A stretch of DNA of 64,000 bases from Gekko japonicus (lineage: Eukaryota). Each line of letters opens with the position of its first letter. The stretch's first letter is position 1. The DNA lies in assembly GCF_001447785.1 (NCBI RefSeq), contig NW_015162518.1, forward strand, positions 343,455 to 407,454. The letters run 5' to 3'. Positions 50,451 through 62,645 of this stretch are shown one piece after another. The position numbers and the translations under genes were made by a program. Under the pieces are notes generated by a model. It was not told the DNA's origin. It was given only the letters and a program-made list of their open reading frames with translations, and did not search any database.

Positions 50451-50750
50451 GGCTATCATCTTAAGGAGAAATTAGAACCAGTATTTTTAGAAGACTTTAC
50501 TCAGTATTATTTCTCTTATATTTGATTATTGTGCCTATGAATTTTGCCCCTGAGAGGGTTACACAATAATTTGTATTCAATAGTAGCCATGACACCTGGG
50601 TTCACACATTTAGCAATTCTGTATCCTTAAGTAAAGGGGTGACTAAATTAGCCCTCAACTTGTTGCATATAGGGCACTCCATAATCATATGTTCGATGGT
50701 TTCAATATTATCATATGAGCATCTGCATGTTCCATTAGAGTATGATACTC
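50451..50750 (-). mobile_element. 3' fragment of the same RTE/RTE-X-like LINE family as 20552-21690
   Basis: Aligns to 20575-20880; translates RVSYSNGTCRCSYDNIETIEHMIMECPICNKLRANLVTPLL. Confidence 0.88.
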
Positions 50751-51639
50751 TAGTTACATGTTTTAGCTCTCTGAAAATAGCCAACAACAAAAAAAGTAGA
50801 GAAATGATGATCAAACCATCCATCCAAAGATTACCTTTGAAATTTCATCCTTAACTATACACAAGACCCTCCAAATGTAAGTTCTCTAGTGGACTGATGC
50901 AAAGAAATCTGATTTTCTTGGGTGAGGAGCCATAAGAGAACAGATCATAAGAGAACAGAAGATGGTGAGGGAAATTTAGAAGAGGAAAACTGAGAGAACC
51001 AGACATTGAGGAAAAGCAGAAAGAGCCCATTAAAGACCCTGCAGTAGTTTCAAGCCTACAGCTCTCTGTTGGTATAATAGGCAGCCTGCTGTTAGCTTGA
51101 GGGAAATGACTATTCCACCCACTGCTTCAATAGATTCAGTACAATCTGGATGATAGTCTTGCATTATGGATACATGTTACAGTAAATGTCCAAGATTTGT
51201 TGGGTGCTAGCATAGACACGTGAAGCCTAACAATCCCAAGCAAACTCTGCAAATCTCCAAAAACTCAAAGACAAAACTGTGAATGTCAATTGTGATTGTC
51301 ACTTGTAGATATCCAAAAACAAGGGAAATATATAGTTATGATCGCAGTGCCTATCTGAACAGTGGGATTGCTATGGGACCATGACAAGGAAGATAGGACA
51401 TAACTGGATAGTCCGGATCTGCATGCTTTTTCTTGACCATAATTACATTTTGGACTCCATTTGTAGGCCCTGGGTTTGTTTTATAGACGGTTCTTCATCC
51501 TTCATTACCTGAAGGTTGATAGTTTGGCCATTCTTGTCACAATTGTCCAAATTTCCAAATAGAATAACTGGTCTACAGGATGAAAATATCTGGGCTGTAA
51601 ATTGATAATGGTACAACTGCCATTGTTGTTATAGAGTCA

Positions 51640-51865
51640 TCATACTGTAGTGGTTAGAGAGTTTGACTGGGGTCTGGTAGACCAGGGTTTGAATTCCTGC
51701 TCTGCCATAGCAACTTGCCATGTGACCTTTGGCCAGTTGCCGTAACTTAGCCCAACCTTCCTCTCAGAGTGGTGGTTGTGATGATAAAACAGAGCAGGGG
51801 GTTTGATGTTGTAAACCACTTTGGATCACCATTGGGGAGAAAAAAGCCAGGCATAAATATGTAAA
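51640..51865 (+). mobile_element. Older CORE/Squam3-like SINE
   Basis: tgtagtggttagagag..ccagggtttgaattcc..gtgacctttggccagt..tgtaaaccactttgg..ggcataaat. Confidence 0.75.
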
Positions 51866-52789
51866 TGGATTAATAGGTTTCTTTGACATTCACAAATTTA
51901 TGTGGATTTGGTAGCACATATCTTCATGAGTCAGGCACCTGTTTTAACATATGATGTTCCTGCTATATACTAAATCAGGACTTCTCCTTTCCAGTACTGA
52001 ACAGCAGCTCTTCCAAGTTTTTCCCAGTTCTCCTGTCTTGAAATCCAAGTTTTTCCCAGTTCTCCTGTCTTCCCAATCTTGAAATAGGAGATACCAGAAT
52101 TTGAACTTGCAACCTTCTGTGCTGCATGCAAATAATAAGTTCTATCACTGAACTAAGGACCATCACCCCATCTCTCATTTACCTTTTGCCTTTGGTATAT
52201 AAATCCCATTCTTTGATTAATCCATGTAAATGTGAAAAAATTTGGATACAAAGGATGTTGAGTTTGTTGAAAAAATCCTATTGGTCAAAGGATGTAGAAA
52301 CAAATAGGCTGGAGGCATATTAAACTGTGAGCATATCCTCCACATACACTTCAATCATAGATCTAGGTCCCAGAGTTACAGGATAAACCATATTAAAATT
52401 TGCTGTCACCTGTAGACAAGGATAATATACGAGCTCTCCTGGCTCATAGTCAAGAAGAGAGCAATCTACTACATATTTATCACAATTTTAAAAGCTATTT
52501 GCTAGAGGCCAGAGAAATATGTTTCATAGATTAACCATATTTTGTTTGTGTTAAGTACTTATTTCTGACACCTCCTAAAATCATGCTCGCTGATCAACAT
52601 GGATTTCTTAGTTGTCACTTCTGCTCTTGAAACAAATGTCTCATTTACAGGCACTAAGATCTGGGGGCGTGGATCTTGTTTCTTGTCAAAAGATGCACCT
52701 GCAGTGAGAGAGAAAGAGAGAGAGAGAAATGAGGGAGAGGGGCATTGAAAAGAGTGTGTCATAATTTGAACAAAAACAGGTAACATGTT

Positions 52790-54170
52790 TGTAAGAAATA
52801 TGGTTCTGCAATTAGGTAGGAAAAATCAAACGCATAATTAAAGAATGAGGGAGACTTGTCTTGGCAGTAGTACATGTAAAAAGGATCTAGGGTCCCAGTC
52901 ACACGGGCCGGAAAATGCGGGGGGGGGGGAACGTGGCTGTTTGCCCCGGAGCAAAACGTCTCGTCGAGGTCCTGTGGTTAGGGGGTGAGGTGCCGATCAC
53001 AGGCTATCCTGCAGCACAGCAAAGAAGCGGCATGGCGTGATCACACCAGCAATCGCTATGCACCGCTTCCGTAGCAAATGGGATTTTTTGTTTGTCTCAC
53101 CAAAGTTTGCGCATGTGCATGATCATTTGTGCGCATCCTGTGGGGACTATAAAAAACACATCTGGCTTGCAAGGGGATATGGGCGGGCGCCGGATGTCAC
53201 GGGATTCCAGCGGAAACATGATCAGATGCCCGCCCTTGCCCCGCGTTTTCCGGAAACCAGTACATCGTAAGTACTAGGGTTTTTTTTACTTTGCATCTTC
53301 GGCGGAAAGCCATGGGTTAGCCACGGGAGCACTACACTTCACAGATGTTGCGGTGTGATCGTGCCCGGAAAATCTGCCTATCATCCATATCTTTAGCGTG
53401 GCAAATGCTCCATGTGAACGGGGCCTAGGAGTCTTAGTAGACCATACACTGAACATGAGTCAGCAGTGTTATGCAGTTGCTAAAAAGGCAAATGTGATTT
53501 TGGGCTGTATCAACATAAGTATAGTGTCCAGATCACAAGAAGTGATGGTATTGCTTTACTCTGCTCTGGCTAGGCCTCACCTAGATTAATGTGTTCAGTT
53601 TTGGCCAACACAATTTGAGAAGGATATGGACAAGCTGGAATGTGTCCAGAAGAGGGCAAGGAAGATGGTGAGGGTTCTGGAGATCAAGTTCTATGAGGAA
53701 AGGTTGAAGGAGCTGGGTATGTTTAGCCTGGGGAGGAGATGACTGAGAAGTGATATGATAACCATCTTCAAGTACTTGAAGGGCTGTCTTATAGAGGATG
53801 GTGTGGAGTTGTTTTCTGTGGCCTCAGAAGATCAGACCAGAACAAACGGGTTGAAATTAAATCAGAAGACTTTATGGCTAAACATTAGGAACCACTTCCT
53901 GACTGTTAGAGCAGTTCCTATGTGGAACAGGGTTCCTCTGGAGGTGGTGGGCTCTCCTTCTTTGGAGGTTTTCAAACAGAGGCTAGATGGCCATCTGACA
54001 GCAATGAGGATTCTGTGAACTTAGGCAGATCATGAGATGGAGGCTGCAGGAAGGGTTGCATCAGTGCTTAGTTCTTCTGGCCCTTTGTTACATGCCCAGG
54101 GAAATGCTGATCACCACTTTGGGTGATCAAATTTTTCTCCAGGCCAGTTTGGCCAGGGATCCTGGAGGTG

Positions 54171-54201
<31 letters not shown>

Positions 54202-54320
54202 CTTGGAACAGCAGTAGCAGTCACTGGGAGTCTGGGGGGGTATTTGTGAATTTCCTGCATTGTGCAGGGGGTTGGACGAGATCACCCAGGAAGTCCATTC
54301 CAACTTTATGATTCTATGGC
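52790..54320 (+). mobile_element. CR1 LINE 3' portion interrupted by a Harbinger-type MITE
   Basis: ORFs 53398-53589 and 53755-54018 (NMSQQCYAVAKKANVILGCIN..LARPHL; IFKYLKGC..LNIRNHFLTVRAV..WNRVP..SPSLEVFKQRLD); tail ttatgattctatg. Confidence 0.93.
52891..53425. mobile_element. CpG-rich PIF/Harbinger-type MITE
   Basis: Imperfect 16-bp TIR ggtcccagtcacacgg / ccatgtgaacggggcc; 3-bp TSD TAG; removing it restores the CR1 sequence aaggatctaggagtcttagtagacc. Confidence 0.82.
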
Positions 54321-54361
54321 AATATTTTTATAGGGTAGAGGTCAAAGAACCATACAATTAT

Positions 54362-54820
54362 AGCCCTGTTTACATTACAGTGAATGCATGTGCAGCTTGC
54401 ATGTTTGAGCAGGTTAACATGTTTGTAAGAAACAGCCAACATGCATTCACTTTAGAAATGAGATGAGGGACCAGTACTTACATAAATGTGGGATTTGATC
54501 AGCGGTCCATTCTTTGAAAGCAACATGAGAATTACTCAACATATGTAGGAAGAAAAAAGCAAATGCACACTCTACATGGGAGTCCTGTTCACAGGTTGCA
54601 GTCATTGCACATACAATCCATGTACGGTGTACATTCATCTTTGTATGAGAATTGAATGTACATTTACAGTAAATGTAAACATCACATTTATCCAGGTACT
54701 GGTACCTGGTTTCATTCATAAAGTGAACAAACAGATTCATGCATGTACAGGCAGGATATATGTGCACTCACTGTGATATGTGAACAGGGCAGGTATATGT
54801 GTGTTCACTGTAATGTGAAC
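54362..54820. mobile_element. Older AT-rich palindromic Harbinger-type MITE
   Basis: gccctgtttacattacagtgaa ... ttcactgtaatgtgaac, with internal copies of ctgttcaca / tgtgaacag. Confidence 0.6.
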
Positions 54821-54981
54821 TATGGCTGCAATATTAAGAACCCTTTCCTGGGAGTAAGGCACATTGAATAAAATAGGACTTACTTCCTAGTAGATTTGTT
54901 TAGAATTGCTCCTTGTGCATCCTGGAAGGTTTTGGAGAGGATCCTTGAGCAGAAGCTCTGCAAGATGGGTATGGTATGGAA

Positions 54982-55435
54982 CAGAGGTTGTTTCATAGAA
55001 AAAGAGCTAGGGGAACTCATTAGCATAACTCATTAGCATATGACATCACCGGAAGTGTGTCATAAGGCCACACCCCCTGACATCACCAGAAGTGTGTCAT
55101 AAGGCCACATACCCCGCCCCAATGGTCCCGGCCGCCGCCGCTGGTCTTGCAGCTCCACTGCTGAGCCCCATGAGGGGTCCGGCAGTGGACCTGCAAGGCT
55201 GGCGGGAGTGCAAGGAAGCCCCGCGAAGGCCCTCCCTGGCCCCAGGCAGGCAGGGGTGGGGAGAGGCAGGGAGGAAGCAACTTACCCTCCCTCTTCTCCT
55301 GCCTCCTCCTGGCTGAATGAGGGCCGGAAGCGGGGCGGCCGGAAGCAGGGGACGGGGCTTCGTCATGTGCCCCGCCCCCCGTACCTCACTCGGGGGAACT
55401 GCGATCCCCTGCGATCCCCCCCAAAATGACCTCTG
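54982..55435. mobile_element. hAT MITE (CAGAGG-type TIR) with a GC-rich interior
   Basis: TIR cagaggttgttt / aaatgacctctg; perfect 8-bp TSD gtatggaa; subterminal ctcattagcata x2 and a 37-bp tandem repeat. Confidence 0.9.
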
Positions 55436-55740
55436 GTATGGAAGTTTGTTTTTCAAAGTAAAAGGTCAAAAAATAAAATATGATTTGACAGAGTCTGAGG
55501 TCCATAGTTCAGCAGTTGTTCCACCACTGACCAGAAATGTTTGACCTTTATCTCATGTATCTCAGGATAAATGCTTGCCTGGTGGCAGCAGAGAAGACAA
55601 AGTGCAAGAGAGCCTTGTTGTACTTCTTTCCTCAGGCACATTCCCTGTACACACATATCCAAAATAAATAAATAAATCAGGAAATGGAAGATAACCTCAG
55701 GGTCCCTGTGATGCCATACAGTGATCTTCATATTCTCAGT

Positions 55741-56290
55741 TAGGGATGGGCATAAACCACATTTTGGTGGTTCGTTTCTTGGTTTGGGGATGTTTGTTCA
55801 TGAACTGACCTGGTTCATATTGGCTCCTGAGCCATTTAAAGTTTAAACCCCTGATTTCTGTTCCCTGTGGCTTTTTACTCCAAGCCATTTAAACCCTGCT
55901 TTCTGATCTCCATGTTTTTTGGTGTGGAGCAGAAAGCAGGGTGGTTGCCATTAAATCCCTGCTTTCTGTTCCCTGCAAAAAGCCACAGGGAGCAGAAAGC
56001 AGGCATTTCCAAACAGCTGAGCTGCTCAGCTGTTTGGAAACCCCTGCTCTCTGCTTCCTATGAAAGCTGTGGGGAACAGAAAGCAATGGTTTAAATGGCT
56101 CTAAGCCATTTAAACCAAACAGCTGAACTGCAGTCCCCACCGCTCAGCTGGTTTTTTTGTGTATCAAAATTCATGGACGTTCATGGCAGTTCTTGCGTTC
56201 GCAAATGTCGTGAATATCGCTTTGTGAACTACAAACTGGCCAAAATTTGAGATGGACTTTAGTTTGCCACCTGGTTCATGTCCATCCCTA
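55741..56290. mobile_element. hAT-type MITE (TAGGGATGG TIR)
   Basis: TIRs tagggatgggcata / catgtccatcccta; TSD ttctcagt / ttcccagt; interior of repeated ccctgctttctg / cagaaagcagg hairpins. Confidence 0.88.
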
Positions 56291-56778
56291 TTCCCAGTGT
56301 CCAGCTTCCCCTCTACCAGTATGGCATTGGCCCGGCAGAAATCAGGAATTCCCTTCCATTGTGCTTGGAACCAGTTCCAACTGAGGATTCCTCTGTTTTA
56401 ACTCCCATTGCAAAACCTATCAGAAGCAGGATTGCCAACCTCATGGAGGTTCTCCCAGAATTACTATGGATGTCCAGACTACAGAGAACAGTTCCCATGG
56501 AGAAATGGCAGCTTTGGCCAATAAACTTTACAGCTTCGCATCCCTGCTGAGCTCCCTCTGCTCCTCAGACTCTGCCCTCTCCAGGCACTGCCCCTGACTT
56601 TCCACAGACTTCTCAAGCTGGAGAGGGCAGCCCTGATCAGGGGGTAGGGAGGTGATAGCCAGCCAGGAGCCCCTCCATCATGCCTGTATTGAAAAACAAA
56701 TTAGGAATGAAGCAAATAAGGATATAAATGCATGCATAGCCCAAGATTTATCAGTGCCTATGCTACTCTACTCAGATT

Positions 56779-56974
56779 CAATGCTCCCTCTAAGCTGAGA
56801 AGTCGTATGAGCAAAAATTCTACTTTGTGTGCTACTGGCATTAAAATTGTTACTGAGCGATTTGGCTACTGCATAAATTAGTTTGCTCTGGAGCCATCCT
56901 TCCTGAGCTAAGACAAAAATCTCTGAGCTGGAGGCTAAACAACTGTGAGCTAACTCAGCTTAGAGGGAACATTG
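56779..56974. mobile_element. hAT MITE (CAATG/CAGTG-type TIR)
   Basis: 21-bp TIR caatgctccctctaagctgag / ctcagcttagagggaacattg; TSD ctcagatt / ctcagaat. Confidence 0.9.
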
Positions 56975-58599
56975 CTCAGAATCCTTCTTGAGTCTATTTA
57001 GTGGGGCTTACTACAAGGAGAGTGTTCTTAGGAATACTCAGTACATGCTGAAATAGATCCCCAAAAGAAATATTATTTGTTGTTGACATTCATATACTAG
57101 TTTTCATCACAAGCTTTCTCAAAGAAACTTAGGTCTAATTGAATCTCAAATATAACAGTAAGAAACTCAGAAAAACACTCTTTGTGACCTGAGCTGAGTC
57201 CAGACATGAAGAAATCATGCCTGGTTGATTCTTGTCCTCCCAGTGATGTCCTTAGTGATAGTGTTCAGAATGGGAGTCCTTGTAGTAGTCAGAAACAAAC
57301 TGTGGCATTTATTCCAGCATTCAAAGTAACTTCTCAGAGATAGCAATAATATCTCTGATCTGGCCTTCAGTTGAAGAACCTGTATGGCGCTGATGGCATC
57401 ATGGTGTGGCATCTTCAACGTGGGGAAATGGATGTCTTTGGGTAAGGAAAGCATTAAAGTAAATTGTTATACACATATCCAACCTTGAAATGGAGGAAAA
57501 TCTCATCAGGATAATTGTCTGAGCATACAGAACCTCTGAATGTCTGAAACAGATGGCAAAACTATTATGGATGTGCCATATAACATTTCCCTGAAGGAAG
57601 TGAGGTTTATTGGCATGTAAAACTATGTTTAAACATCAGGCAATCAACTTTATGAAAAAAGAGCACTATTGCAAACCTTCAGAAGGGGAACCCTGGGCAA
57701 GTTTTGTTCTTCTCTCCAGTTTTATATACAAATTACACACCACTGCTAACATATAAAGTCCAAAATGGAAAATATCTGCAACCACAGATATGCTGCTGGC
57801 TTGATCACAGTACAACTGTATGTTTTAGCTATGAAATTCCAAGTGGATAATGATATCATCAGTATACTCTTCTGAGTTAGAAAACTGGATCACTGTGACA
57901 TGTTGAATTATAGTTTGACCCTGCAATTGTACACATTCCTTGAAATGTTGCAGCTATGTCGGGGTCTATGGGGCAATGGACTGAGCCATCCCACAAGTTA
58001 GGGGGAGGGGAATCAGTAGGGGTTTTGGATTGAGAAGACAAGGGTTTAAATTTCCATTCTGCCATAAATTCTATTGGATGACCTTGGGCCAGCCAAAAGA
58101 TGAACTGGTCCAAACTCAGGCCTTATACACGCTGAAAAGTAGGGGAGAGGGTAAGAGCACACTTCATTTCCCAAGCTTGCCTGAGTAGTTTCCCCACTTC
58201 CAAAACAGAGATGAAAAATGTCTCCCCCCCCTTTTTTTCTTAGTAGTTTTGGTCAAAGCTGGATTTTTGCACAAACTAAGCTACAGTTTAGGATTTCACG
58301 TTATGAACAGTCTCAAAATACTAAACAACAACAATTTTATTTATTCATTCATTTCCTTATGTACAACACTTATATCCCACCTTTCTGCCCTTACAAGGGC
58401 CATCAAGGCAGCTAACAACTTAAATCATACATAATAGAATACGTCAGAAAACCATTAAAATAACCCCCAAACCCCCAGACATCATGATCATCATTGTCAT
58501 ATACATCATTATCCTCTGGCAAGCCTCCGCAACTTAGGAACCATCAAGTAGAAAACCATTCACCTGGCATATTCGGCAGCCCAATATGGACCTAGATCT

Positions 58600-58723
58600 A
58601 AATCGGTAGCCATGTTAGTCTGTCTGTTGCAGTAGAAAAGAGCAAGAGTCCAGTGGCACCTTAAAGACTAACAAAATTTGTGGCAGAGTATGAGCTTTTG
58701 TGAGTCACTGCTCACTTCTTCAG
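58600..58723 (-). mobile_element. Solo Penelope terminal-repeat fragment with a decayed hammerhead motif
   Basis: gtagccatgttagtctgtctg..agcaagagtccagtggcaccttaaagactaacaaaatttgtggc..gagcttttgtgagtcactgctcacttcttcag. Confidence 0.75.
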
Positions 58724-58981
58724 GGTTTGCAACTGTTGAATAAGACAAGAGCCGAAATGGCGGGTGTTCGAGCATCCCTACAATACATGGCTGCTAAGAT
58801 GCATTTGGTGTTGTGGGTCTCAAATTTTCTTCTGCCACAGACCATCCCATATCCTAGGTGATAAACCAGTGGGATGGGTAGCAGAGATTTGTGGCCCTCC
58901 TGGCACAAAAGAAGGAAGGTCCACAGGTCATGGTATTTTACAAGGGCAAGCCTGTGTTTCAAGATGTGTACCAGGGGCTAT

Positions 58982-59767
58982 ACTTCACTAGACAGAAGCC
59001 AGCTCTGGAGACCACCTTGGGCAATTAATTTGATCCACCTAGGAAGACTGGGAGAAAACTGTAAACAAATAATGCATTATTTAAACTTCTCCTCTGGTTC
59101 AGAAAATGAAAACTGGGGGTGGATTTCTTTCACCAACACGAACACCCAACTACTCCACCATTCAGCAGTCAATGCTTCTCAGAGTCCAGCATCCCATTTC
59201 TTACAGTGGCCTATCAGTTGTTCCAGAGGGCATACAGACAGGGTTAACAAAGAGGTAGGTTTCCGTTTGCACCCATGGTTAGTAGGCATTAATATAACCT
59301 TCCTTTATGACTCTAATCCTCTTTCAAAGCTATCCAGGCTCTCTCTTCTGGCAGTGAATTCCATAATTTAATTAACTTCACTAGACAGAAGCCAGCTCTG
59401 GAGACCACTTTGGGCAATTAATTTGATCCACCTAGGAAGACTGGGAGAAAACTGTCAAAAAATAATACACTATTTAAACCTCTCCTCTGGTTCAGAAAAT
59501 GAAAACTGAGGGTGGATTTCTTTCAGCAACGCAAACACCCAACTACTCCACCATTCAGCAGTCAATGCTTCTCAGAGTCCAGCATCCCATTTCTTACAGT
59601 AACCTATCAGTTGTCCTGGAGGGCATACAGACAGGGTTAACAAAGAGGTAGGTTTCCGTTTGCACCCATGGTTAGTAGGCATTAATATAACCTTCCTTTA
59701 TGACTCTAATCCTCTTTCAAAGCTATCCAGGCTCTCTCTTCTGGCAGTGAATTCCATAATTTAATTA
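58982..59767. repeat. Tandem duplication, 393-bp unit x2
   Basis: Copy 1 58982-59374 and copy 2 59375-59767 (acttcactagacagaagcc..ccataatttaatta). Confidence 0.95.
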
Positions 59768-60178
59768 CTCACAGAATGAATACTTCCTTTTGTGTGTCCC
59801 ATTTTTACCCAACATCTTCACTGGTTTCCCTCCAAGGTCTAGTATTATGGGAGAGGAATCATCTTTACCTGCATACTACTAAAACTGCAGGAGGGATATA
59901 TTGGTGCCAGTAGAGTAAAATTATCTCATACTTTGGATTTGACTTCTGCCATATTAGCATCTTTATCTTCAATGTACTTTCTTCATGTTCTTTGAGCCAA
60001 GAACATTGTCATATTCTGAAAGACTTTTACTAGGTATACACTTGATTGTTTTGTCCCCAAAATGGAAACCACACTTTTGCTGTTATGCATTAATGTCCTG
60101 AAAGGTATATGAAGAGCTTGGGAGAGTCACTCGTCAACCTGAAAGCAGAATCAGGGATAAAGTCAGCACAAGTGGAAC

Positions 60179-60579
60179 TAGGGTTGCCAACCCCCCGGTT
60201 TGCCAGGGGTCCCCCATTTTGGGGGGGGTCTACCCGCCGCCGGCCAGAGGGCCGGTGGGGGAAGCCCCACCCCCAACACCCACAGCCACCCATCTCTCCC
60301 CCTTTAAGGGTGTGCAACCCGTGTTTCATCCCAAGCGCGAACTCCGCAAGCTTGCAGGGAAAAGCCAGCTTCGTTCTTAAAAGGAAAACACAGCTTCTCT
60401 TAAAGGGGAAACACTGGCTGCTGGCTACTTTAAGTGCAGGGAACTGCTGTTTCTGGAGATCCGGCGCACGGTGGGGGGGGGGCGGGGGGGCAGATGTCCA
60501 GTCATCACGTTGGGGATGCCCCACCCCTTCCAGGAACGCCCCCAAAGTCCCCCGCTGGGGGTGGAAGATGGCAACCCTA
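60179..60579. mobile_element. Young hAT MITE (TAGGGTTGCCA TIR), CpG-rich
   Basis: Perfect TIR tagggttgcca / tggcaacccta; perfect TSD agtggaac (60171-60178, 60580-60587). Confidence 0.93.
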
Positions 60580-60714
60580 AGTGGAACAGTCCTGTAGAGG
60601 GTCAAGGACACCCAAAATATGTGTGTGAAAACACTTTGGGTTGGCTCCAAACAGCTTTTCTACCTGTGAAAGGGGACCACGGCCCCCCCTTGACCACCAT
60701 CCAAGAAGAATAAG

Positions 60715-60951
60715 AATAAGCTTTTACGCCCTGTTTTTCTCTAATTTAAGGAGTCTCATAGTGGCTTACAATCATACTCCCTTCCTCTCCCCACAACAGG
60801 CATCTTGTGGGATAGATGGGGCTGAGAGAGTTCTGAGAGAACTGTGACTGGCTCAAGGTCACCCAGCAGGTTTCATGTAGAGGAGCAGGGAATCAACCCC
60901 CCTTTTCCAGATTAGTGTCTGCTGCTCTTAAGAACTATACCATGCTGGCTC
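60715..60951 (-). mobile_element. Squam3-like SINE
   Basis: cccttcctctccccacaacagg..ggggctgagagagttctgagagaactgtgactgg..gggaatcaaccc..ctataccatgctggctc. Confidence 0.85.
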
Positions 60952-61639
60952 ACAAAAAAAAGGCTACGCCGGGGATCTTGGAACATGCATAAACAAAAGC
61001 CATGTGGGACAAGGGATGTGGTAAAGGAGTTAGATGAGTTTGAGTGCAAAAACTGAAAATGCACTATAAATGCTAACTTGACATTACAGCAGAATACAAG
61101 ACAGCAACTAGATTCAATAAGATAAATGTCTGCATTTTACTTAAAATTGAAATTGCCTCTTTCATGAGAGGAAAACTGTTCCTTACATTCTCACCAACCA
61201 ACCTCGCAGTGGTGTGGGAAACAGATGCAATGGAGTCAGTCCGGTGACCAGCTTAGCAGATAACCTTGATTATATGAAAAGGGCTAATGTACGGCATACA
61301 ACAACTGCTTGCTGAAAAGTTGCAGCAACAAAGACTTTAATTAAAAGCAGTGGGAAGAATTAGATGCAGGTAATAATTAAGGCTGTGAGGAAAGAAGGGG
61401 GGAAAAAAGAGAAAATATATAGGAGAAATATAGTGGGCATGAACTATATACCTGAACACAGTTATGGTTGTCAAGGGGATACCACAAAACATGGTAAATT
61501 ATCCCCATCCAAGTAGCCATGATATCTAAAAATAATATATGAATGCATACAGATACACTGCCTTTTATTGAGTTAGATTATTGGCCTTTCAAGGTTAGGC
61601 AGTGCAGCTCTGGATACTAGTACTGTCAGAGTTTAAATA

Positions 61640-62216
61640 TGCAAAGGAAGTGTGGAACACTGACTGCCTAGAGAAAAATAAGTAGGTTTATTGAAGAAGA
61701 ACAAACAGTTATAGAACATAGAAGAGAGAGAATCTTAACTGTCTTACCTAACTGCTGAAGGAGGCACAACAACAGGAGCTCTGCAGGAGCAGGAAGTCTC
61801 CAGAAGAGCAAATCAGCCCTTCTTATTCTGTTTACCTTGTTTGTTGTCAAAACGCCAGGGCTTTCTTTGTAGCAGGAACTCCTTTGCATGTTAGGCCACA
61901 CACCCCTAATGTAACCAATCCTAATGTGTTTCTGCTATTGGGTGTGGCCTATTATGCTAATGAGTTCCTGCTGGGCATGCCCAACTCAGGAGCCAGCCAG
62001 AACTCAGTTCCTGTGCGTTCCTGCCCAAAAATAGCCCTGTGCAAAGGAAGTGTGGAACACTGACTGCCTAGAGAAAAATAAGTAGGTTTATTGAAGAAGA
62101 ACAAACAGTTATAGAACATAGAAGAGAGAGAATCTTAACTGTCTTACCTAACTGCTGAAGGAGGCACAACAACAGGAGCTCTGCAGGAGCAGGAAGTCTC
62201 CAGAAGAGCAAATCAG
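61640..62216. repeat. Perfect 177-bp direct repeat (61640-61816, 62040-62216) flanking a left-truncated hAT MITE (61824-62039)
   Basis: tgcaaaggaagtgtgg..gagcaaatcag occurs twice; the spacer ends in the hAT terminus caaaaatagccctg. Confidence 0.93.
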
Positions 62217-62519
62217 GAGACAGGAAGGACATAATTTGAAAATGTGTGAGGTCCCTAATCTGTCTATGCTAACTAGCAGTCCTTCAGCTGTCCCTCTGTA
62301 GGGCGATCTTCTGATCTTTTTCATAAGGCTGTACTATAGACCTTGTAGATTCTAACAACTAGCTGGTGTTAGGCAGGCTTTGGCCTTCCTGGTCTGCTTG
62401 GGGACTTCCTCCTACAAGCATCTGGTTGGCTTTTCTGGGAATGCAGATGCTAATCTCAGCTTTCTTCCAGGGATCTCAGAACAACATGCCTACTTTATCT
62501 GGACAACTGCCCCATGAGG

Positions 62520-62645
62520 GCCCTGACCTGGATGACCTCGGCTAGCCGAATGTCATTAGATCTCAGAAGCTAAGCAGGAGTGGCCTGGTTAGTACTTAGA
62601 TGGGAGATTTACGCAGAGACAGGCAATGACAAACTACCTTTGTTG
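62520..62645 (+). mobile_element. Degenerate 5S-derived SINE
   Basis: ccctgacctggat..agatctcagaagctaagcagg..ggcctggttagtacttagatgggaga. Confidence 0.75.

Noticed and set aside
57371-57441. Possible 71-nt exon (cttcag|LKNLYGADGIMVWHLQRGEMDVF|gtaagg)
   Set aside because: Splice-like sites of this quality arise by chance; no recognisable protein.
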